Positions 55,241 through 64,000 of a DNA stretch of 64,000 bases are shown piece by piece (within the stretch, counting starts at the first letter, position 1; every line of letters begins with the position of its first letter). A model generated the notes under the pieces. The model was given only the letters and a program-made list of their open reading frames with translations, ran no database searches and had not been told where the DNA came from. Made by a program: the position numbers and the translations under genes. Where the stretch lies: the NCBI RefSeq assembly GCF_009914755.1, contig NC_060931.1, one strand, 5' to 3'. Source of the stretch: the human T2T-CHM13v2.0 reference genome, Homo sapiens.

Positions 55241-56910
55241 AAAGATTTGATTCAAGCCTGCCTGCCTGCAAAGCCTGTACCCTTTTTGCTCTAGATTCTA
55301 GACTTTGGCGAATAGAATGATACATTTTGTTTATAATTGGACAGTTGTTGATCTTGGCAGAAGTGTTGACTGCTGGGAGGTGTTAAGAGAAAGGAAAAAG
55401 CAGCATAAGATATGGAAGTTTGTTTGATGAAACTGTATCTCAAAGAGTTTAAGAGTTTTAGCACAGGACAGATAGAATCTTGCCCCACCCAAGATGATGG
55501 AAGAACAAAACAAAGTCTGTGCTGTTTTCTTTGTTAACCAGAGTTGAGAGTGGAGTCCAATCCAATATCTGCCTAGTGGGAGTCTCTTGAGTCCTGATCC
55601 CATGAGATCATACATATGGCTGCTACTCCTGTTGTGAGGAAGGTTGCAATTTTAGAAATAAACCTGGAGCTTTTGAAGGTCCTATTTATTACTTCAGCCC
55701 ACTTACTGCCGAGGTCCCCATGTTTTGCAAGTGACAAAAATAAATCTAAAATGGAAAACTAGGGAGAAGGTGAGAGAAAGTGTCCAGAGAAACTGGGGAC
55801 TTTGAGTTGTTTGGTCTAAGCTACTTATTTGCATTTTTGTCTCCACTTCCTAGCAAGCATATTGGTACTTAGCAATGGTGGGAGGAAGGCAGAACTGTAA
55901 AAAAAACGAAGTCATCATTCTATCCTTACACTTGAGTTTCCTTTCAGCAACCTCTCTCTCCCTTGTCTTTGTCCCGTCTCATAACTTAGGCGTGATGTGC
56001 TGCTGTATCTGCCTTGCTGCCTTCTCCTGAGTGGAAGCTGCAGCTACAGTGTTGGTTATTACACCTGGCAATTAGATTGTGCAGGACAGTAGTTGGCTAG
56101 GAATGGCATAAGGTTGCATGCCTCGTTAAATCTGAACTCCACTCAGCATAGACTCTTGTAGAAGCAAGGGGGATTTGTTTAGGTAAGGAGCCCTTGAAAG
56201 GAGCCTGCTTGTTGAACTGTATGTTGAGCAGCAGTGATGAAAAGATGCCTAAACATGTGTCCCACAGCAGCTACAGTCCATCAGCATTGGACACATTGGT
56301 AGATCACCCCTGCTGTTAACACAGGTCTTTTCAGCTTACTCGTTTGTGTACTTAACTGTTGAGTGCTCTTTTAATTAGGGGCGACTAACATCAAAGTACT
56401 ATAGTTGTGCCGGGCCTGCTAATCAACAGGTTTCACTTATACTGGGGATCACTTCAGCTTTACACCACCATTATCATGACATTGATTTTTCTGTGCACAT
56501 AAAAGGAAGCACTTACTGAATACAGGAAAAAATCATGATTGCTAGGTGGAAAAAAAAACAAAAAACCAGCAAGAGGAACTCAGTTACCCAGGGAAAATGT
56601 AAACGTTTCATATGAACATTGACAGTGAAATGGATTTGATGAGTTTTGAGGTGATTTTGTTAGATACTTTGAGAGAAATTGAGAATTCTGTATTCCGAAG
56701 AGACAGCCGGACTTGAAACTCTAGAGGTATGATTTTGACCAAGACCTGAACTTCTCTTTGCCTCAGTTTTTTCATCTATAAAATAGGGTTAGTAATAATA
56801 CCAACCTCACTGAGATATTGTGAGGATTTTGTGAGATATTGTGAGATTGAATGATTAGCTTAGTCACTGGATGTAAGTACTCAAATTATAGCTATTAATA
56901 AGTGTGATAC

Positions 56911-57225
<315 letters not shown>

Positions 57226-58029
57226 TCATTGTTATTATTTCTGAGAACTGATATCTTGTGGTCCATTGTTGTGGCAGAAGTATAATTTATATAGGAACCG
57301 AAACCAGCCCTCGATTTTTTTTTTTAATCGCCGATCTTGGTTGGGCTTCACTATCATTTTCATCAGCTTCACAACCCCTCAGTTCTGAGAACCCTCCTTG
57401 CCATACAAGCCACTGGAGTGTCTGCGTTTCCTTTCTGTGGACATTGTCACCTTTCCCTTCATTTTGGTAAGGCCATGGAAACAGAGCAATCAGATAAAAG
57501 ACCTGGGCATTTGGCACTTTCATTGGCCATACTTCTCCTTCTGGCTTGAGTTTATATGTGGTTTGGGGTAGTTACTGGTGAAATTGAGCTTTGCAGCTGT
57601 CTACTTAATCTGCATTTCCTGATCTGCTTTGGCTGGCAATCAAAAGCTGTATCTATTTCGGAGATTGCGCAATAAGACTTTTAATGACAAGTTAAAAGAC
57701 AAAGGGTTGGTGGGATTGAACCTTATGCAGAAAATACTTCACTATACTTCGGTGGCTCCTGTTTACTGGTGATTTTGTGTGGATAGTAACTTAAAATCAA
57801 GAAACATTTTTGCTAACATATTTCCTGGGCCATTTTAGAAAGAAATTTCTTTATTTAGCCAGTAAGTAGAGCTTTCTTTAGCGTTTACATAGTTATCTTT
57901 TTAATATTAATTTTTGCAATCCATATGAATGAGGCCACATGTCCTTTAACAATTTTAGACCTCTTCTGTTATGCATTACTGCCATCTGTCAGTATGAGAG
58001 AAAGCTTCCTGGGGCAGAAGGACTTAAAA

Positions 58030-58197
58030 CAATGGTTCTCAACCCTGGGGTCACATTAGAATCACTGGCAGAGCTTTTAAGAAATTTTAGTGCCTGGGCC
58101 AGTTCCAGATACATAGTTGCTCTGGGATGGGGCCCAGGCATTGATGTTTTTAAAAAACTCCCTAGGTGATTCTAGGGTATAACTGGGCTGAGAGGCT
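58030..58197. mobile_element. MER5B-like fossil
   Basis: caatggttctcaaccctgggg...cattagaatcactgg...ggtgattctag. Confidence 0.7.
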
Positions 58198-60959
58198 CTC
58201 CTCCGAAAGCACTGTCTTAATGGAAGAACCAGTGGCATGAGAACAGTTCTGCTTTTTCTCAGCAGTAACCTTGTTGTCTTCCATTGCAGTGCTGATTTTG
58301 ACAATGGAGCCATGCGGTTGTATTTGGGTAGCGGTTTGGAGGGTAACAAGTGTGTCTTTTGTATCTCTGAATCCTCTGCAGCCAGTCTAGTGCCTGGCAT
58401 ATACTAGATGCTCACTATCCTCCACTTCACTTCTTTTGGATGACTAAATAATGGAATGGAGCCCAGATGTACTAGCCTTTTTACTTAATCCCTGAGCCTT
58501 TCTCCTTCAGTGGTCCGTAAGGGAGCAGGTCCACAAGCATACACTTTTATTGTTCCAGGAGGAGGAAGACGCCCAGCTTCGGAATGCTTGAGGCATAAAA
58601 CTGATCCTTGGTTAAGATCAGCAGAGGCTTGCTGTGTGCAACATAAATTGTCAGGTAAAGAAGCAATTAACGTAGTGCCATTTATTTCCTCTTTAAGCAT
58701 CTAGTCCTTATGAGTGTTGTGGTTCTGCACTCCAACTGGAAACAGGTTCTCTATTGCCCTGTTTTGCTCTTAAACACAGACACCTTTTTCAGTCAAGAGA
58801 ATTAGGGCCTTTTAAAAACTCTTCTTTCTTTCTTTTCCTTTTTAGGTAGCCCATATTGAATCAGGTCCTGCAGCTATAGTTATTCATGCAGGGAGAATTC
58901 TATGAACACAGGGGAGAATGGCCTGGGAGTTTGATAATTTGTTATTTTTTGGTTTGTAGATTGAGAAGTATATTAAGTAAGGATAACCCCTTATAGTTAG
59001 TTAGTTATTTTATAGTTTTCCTGTCCAGAAGGTTTTAATCTCTCACACGGCTGTGGACTGGCAAAGTAACTAATTATTGTCTCCAGTTTATGGATAAAAA
59101 AATTTAAGATGCGGCAAGGTTAAGTGACCTGCCTAAGGTGATAGACCTGGGCCTTGAATCCACAGCTTTTGACTGTAAATCCCTTCAGTACACTGAGCTT
59201 TGGATAGTACTTTTGCTTGGATTAGAACACCCTATAAATGTGACTAATGGCATCTCAGGGTTCTGTCCTGGCTGTCATAGTTGAATCCTTTATTTGCATT
59301 GCATGTGCTTGCTTGTGTGTGTGCGTGTGCAACTATTAATATTAAGCATCTTGCCATTTGCCTCTGTAGAGCACAGTTGATAGACGGGAATATACACTTG
59401 ATGTAGTCAAGAGAGTGTCATCTTTTATTAAGAATTCTGATCTTGCCTCTCCAAAATGCCTACTTTCACTTTTAGTCTATTGTAAGTGTGAATATTTGTG
59501 TGTGGTATTTTATTCCTAGGCAAGGTGTTTTTCTCAGTCTATGTTGTGTGTCTAGGATGATAATGTTAAAGCTTAATATATTTAGTTTTGGAAGACTACA
59601 TTTTTCTGGGGTGGTTTATGAGTTGTTTTCCTTCCTCCAACAAATTATTGAGTGTCTAGTATGTGTTCTATGCTGTCTACCTTTACTTCCATCTCAAGGA
59701 AGTCTAGGATAAAAATAACATTGTTTATCTGTGAAGGGATAAAGAGTCAACACCCATTTCATGTCAGCTCTGTCTTTATTAGGCATTTGGCTATTGAGCT
59801 TTCTAATTTCTTGACTTTTGGGAGTGTTTCTCCCAGTTACCAGACAGGTCCAGGGTGGGAAATGCTTTCCTTGGGCCCCAGAACTAGCTCATGGAGAGGT
59901 GGTTGTAGCTTCTGGGAATTTTGAAAAGAGCCACACCCAGGAATCTGCTTGGACTATGTGTTCTTTCTGTCCTGCCTTTACTCTCCTCTTTTCTCCCTCT
60001 TATAAGCAAAGCGTCTTTTTGCTTCCTTGCCCCCAATCCCAGAGAGACTGTTAACTTATGTTTGCATGTAAGGAGAACAGTCAGAGTTAAGGATCTCAAA
60101 CTCAGGAAAGTGGTTTTTGTACTCAAGAGCTCCCTGTGTGTTTGCGCAGCACACTTACCTCCATCCAGGATGCACTTATCCTGCGTAGATGGATTGTAAC
60201 CGTGATAGAGGGGGAAAAAGAAGAGGGGAAAAAAAAACCCCTAAAAAAACCCTGGATTCTGAAGATGGCTGCAGTATATTCTTCAATAGAAATTTGAAGC
60301 ATGAAGTGGATTTTAGAACACCACATGAAGCTCTTCTTACTTAAAACACAAGAACTTAAAACTTGGCCAGGGGAAAGGTGTAGGGAGGTGGAGAAAAGCA
60401 CTCCTTCCATTTAAGGGGAAGTAAGCACTTGACTTCATCAATTGTGGTTAAGATAAACAAAGCTTATCTTTTTGGTTGGCATCAGAAGGGGCATTTAAAG
60501 TCTCATGAAATGAGAGAAGGGTTGTTCTGTTCCTTATTTACTGTACTTGAACGGAGTCACTGAAAACCTTGATGGGATGTCTCTATGACTGCTCATTCCT
60601 AGTTGTCTGCAGCACTGTGGCCAGTGAATATGCTGGTTCCCACAGAGGAAGGCCCACAGCATGGTTTCCTTCCTCTTCTTTTAATTTTGCCTCGTGTCTT
60701 TTGTAGACGAGAGTGCTCTGCAGTAATTCTTTTGTAGAAACTGCCATGCCTCAAATCACATTACATAATACAGGCTGGGGACCAGCATTCCGTGAGGACT
60801 TGATCAATGGGTTGGGAAACAAGGTTGATAGCATTGCTGTGGAGGAGATGTCAATGCGAATTTGTCAGCTCACCTCACATCCTTGCTTGCAGAACTTTGA
60901 TTTTATTTAGGTGTTCACTTCCATGTGGACTTGAGTTCAGGGGGGTACATCTTGATTAG

Positions 60960-61376
60960 TCTATTCCAGTCATTATATTTCTACTCCTTGTCAGTGATGG
61001 GCTTAGGAAGGTCCAGGTCTGGCTGGCTGGACATGAGGGGAAATCTTGTGTGGGCACTTCTAGAAAACGTTTCCTTGATTTTGATGAAGAGAAGTATAAT
61101 TTCTATCTGGTTGTTGTCTGCATGTGGTGCTTTGAAATTGGCAGTTGCCATCTTTGAACCGTGAGCCAGCGTAAGAGGACAGGCCCACATGCAGGGGACA
61201 GCAAAGCTGTACAAAAGATAGATACTATCTTTGATGATATTGTGGAGCTGTTGAATTGATCAGCCTGAGTCCATTCCATTTTGGGACTTCTTGTTATGTG
61301 TGAGAAAGAAAAATCACGTTTTAACTATTTTGGCTGGATTTTCTGTTTCCTTCAGTCTAGTGTATTATAACTGATA
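60960..61376 (+). mobile_element. Old MLT1 (MaLR) LTR fragment
   Basis: gcagttgccatctttgaacc...ctttgatgatattgtggagctg...ggacttcttgttatgtg...gctggattttctgtt. Confidence 0.6.
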
Positions 61377-61740
61377 ACTATCTTACCCCATTCATACAGG
61401 ATGGTTTGAGATAAAATTAGAAAATATTGGAAATGCTTTTACACAAGTATGACACACACAATTAACATAGACATTAACATAAATATTATATTGTAATGTC
61501 CAGTGTTCTCATACTTTGCTTCCATATCACTTCTGCTAGCATTTTCTCCAAAGCAAGGGGACAGGCCATGAGGATGAAAAACAGCCATTTAAAAACTGTC
61601 TTGGGGGTTTTCAGTATTCTTTCTGTAAGAATTGACATGATACATAACTCCTAAAACATAGTATAAGGCAAAAATTATTCTTTCCTGATGAACTTGTATT
61701 TCTTCTTATTGGAAAGTGGCAAATAAAATAATCCAGTATA

Positions 61741-63212
61741 GGAGGCATCATGCTACCTGACTTCAAACTATACTACAAGGCTACAGTAACCAAAACAGCA
61801 TGGTAGTGGTACCAAAACATACATATAGATCAATGGAACAGAATAGAGACCTCAGAAATAGGACCACACATCTAAAACCAGCTGATCTTGGACAAACTTG
61901 GCCAAAACAAGCAATGGGGAAAGGATTCCCTATTTAATAAATGGTGCTGGGAAAACTGGCTAGCCATAGGCAGAAAACTGAAACTGAACCCTTTCCTTAC
62001 ACTTTATATAAAAATTAACTCAAGATGGATTAAAGACTTAAATATAAAACCCCAAACCATAAAAAACCTTGAAGAAAACCTAGGCAGTACCATTCAGGAC
62101 ATAGGCATGGGGCAAAGATTTTACCATGAAATCCCCAAAAGCAATTGCAACAAAAGCTAAAATGGACAAATGGGATCTAATTAAACTAAAGAGCTTCTGC
62201 ACAACAAAAGAAACTATCATCAGAGTGAACAGGCAACCAACAGAATGGGAGAAATTTTTGCAATCCATCTGACAAAGGTCTAATGTCCAGAATTTACAAG
62301 GAACTTAAACAAATTTACAAGAAAAAAACACCACCACCAAAAAGTGGGCAGAGGGTATGAACAGACACTTCTCAAAAGAAGACATTTATGCGGCCAAAAA
62401 ACATATGAAAAAAAGCCCAACATCACTGATCATTAGAGAAATGCAAATCAAAACCACAATGAGATGTCATCTCATGCCAAGTCAGAATGGCCATTATTAA
62501 AAAGTCAAGAAACAACAGATGCTGGAGAGGCTGTGGCGAAATAGGAACGCTTTTACACTGTTGGTGGGAATGTAAATTAGTTCAACCATTGTGGAAGACA
62601 GTGTGGCGATTCCTCAAGGATCTAGAACCAGAAATGCCATTTGACCCAGCAATCTCATTACTGGGTATATACCTAAAGGATCATAAATCATTCTACTATA
62701 AAGACACATGCACACATATGTTTATTGCAACACTATTCACGATAGCAAAGACAGGGAACTAACCCAGATGCCCATCAGTGATAGACTGGATAAAGAAATG
62801 TGGTACATATACACCATGGAATACTGTGCAGCCACAAAAAGGAATGAGATTATGTCCTTTACAGGGACATGGATGAAGCTGGAAGCCATCATCCTCAGCA
62901 AACTAACACGGGAACAGAAAACCAAACAGCGCATGTTCTCACTCATAAGTGGGAGCTGGATAAGGAGAAAGCACAGACACAAGGAGGGTAATAACACATA
63001 CCAGGAGCAGTGTGGGAGGAGGCAAGGGGAAGGAGAGCGTCAGAACAAATAGCTAATGCATGCAGGGCTTAAAACCTAGATGATGGGTTGATAGGTGCAG
63101 CAAACCACCATGGCACACGTATACCTATGATTACATAGGTATACCTGTACATTCTGCACATGTATCCTGGAACTTTAAGTTAAAAAATAAGTAAATACAT
63201 AAATACATAAAA
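61741..63212 (+). mobile_element. 5'-truncated L1PA (L1PA8-like): disrupted ORF2 C-terminus, 3'UTR and A-rich tail
   Basis: ORF pieces [18 protein letters not shown] and [38 protein letters not shown] are L1 ORF2p; frameshifts and stops; 3'UTR ctaatgcatgcagggcttaaaacctagatg; aat(c/t)cagtat flanks both ends. Confidence 0.95.
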
Positions 63213-64000
63213 ATTCAGTATGTTTTCTTGTTGTCTTATTTCACCAATGAGCTCAGATCCAACTTTAATGGTTAATAACACTTTGTCTAAAATTCCTAAT
63301 ATATCTTCTAATATTTTCTAGTTGGTTTTATTTATTTTAGTTATTTTAACAACAGTGAGTGATCTGTATCACATCCTCCTGGAAGTACCTTGGATTTCAT
63401 TATAACTGAGGAAGCGTTTGTTATTTGTTTAAATGAGTGTCCCAGATAGCTTGCAATGGAGCATATTTATTTGTTTACTCTCTTATCCATTCACTACACA
63501 TTTATTGAGCTCGTACTAAAAATTAGCCAGACACTTAAATCGTTTTCTTTGGCTTGATTGTAGAGCTCATAAACAAAAGTACTAGGAATTTAGAATTGTA
63601 GATCACAGAGCATTAGAATAGGGGAAAGTCATTTTTCATTGTTGAGCCTGAGGAGAGTTTCGAAGGTGACTTGAAGGTATTGATTTGAGGAATGCCGATG
63701 GTTTTCATCTTCTTTTCCCATCACTAAACTAAGTATACTCCCTTCAGAGGTAGAGAGCCAGGAGACCTTTATAGTAGTGAAAGGACAGGAAAGGAAGGCT
63801 TTCATAGACAGCCTGGTACTGGAGTCAGTATTCAACAGTGAAATTCTGGGGTATAGAAAATAGTTAATTTATATACTTTAATTCCCACCTGATCCCCACT
63901 CCCCAAGAAGGTTGGAATCCTTGTTTTTCCTCCTTTTGGAATTTGCTACTTTGAAGGGTTTTTTTCTTTTGAAGGAATAAGAACAGTCTGTTCATTGTGC

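Noticed and set aside
56170-56190. ttgtttag|gtaagg as another recursive splice site
   Set aside because: Very short pyrimidine tract preceded by a G-run and no evident branchpoint
61888-63052. ORFs with clear protein similarity (L1 ORF2p C-terminus)
   Set aside because: Fragmented by frameshifts and stops in a 5'-truncated L1; no functional CDS

Overview
Primate (most likely human) non-coding genomic DNA, not a prokaryotic region. I see about 30 Alu copies or fragments (AluJ/S/Y, FLAM-type monomers), many MIR, L2 and MER5 fossils, two MaLR (MLT1) LTRs, a 1.5-kb 3' fragment of an L1PA8-like LINE and two solo LTR12F-like (ERV9) LTRs. No credible host protein-coding exon is visible: the supplied ORFs are Alu-derived, chance ORFs, or broken L1 ORF2 pieces. 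A visible T/G excess on the + strand suggests, by inference only, the interior of one very long + strand intron, but I cannot name the host gene. I find no evidence of a new gene system. The best observations are structural. (1) Two independent LTR12F insertions each landed inside an Alu, with clean 4-bp target duplications. (2) A set of locally templated insertion and fold-back scars (27-bp inverted copy, 99-bp and 189-bp direct copies, several perfect hairpins); several sit inside known repeats, so the derived copy can be identified. (3) A branchpoint-pyrimidine-CAG|GTAAGT site has the architecture of a recursive splice site. Subfamily names come from my recall of consensus sequences, and boundaries of ancient repeats are approximate.
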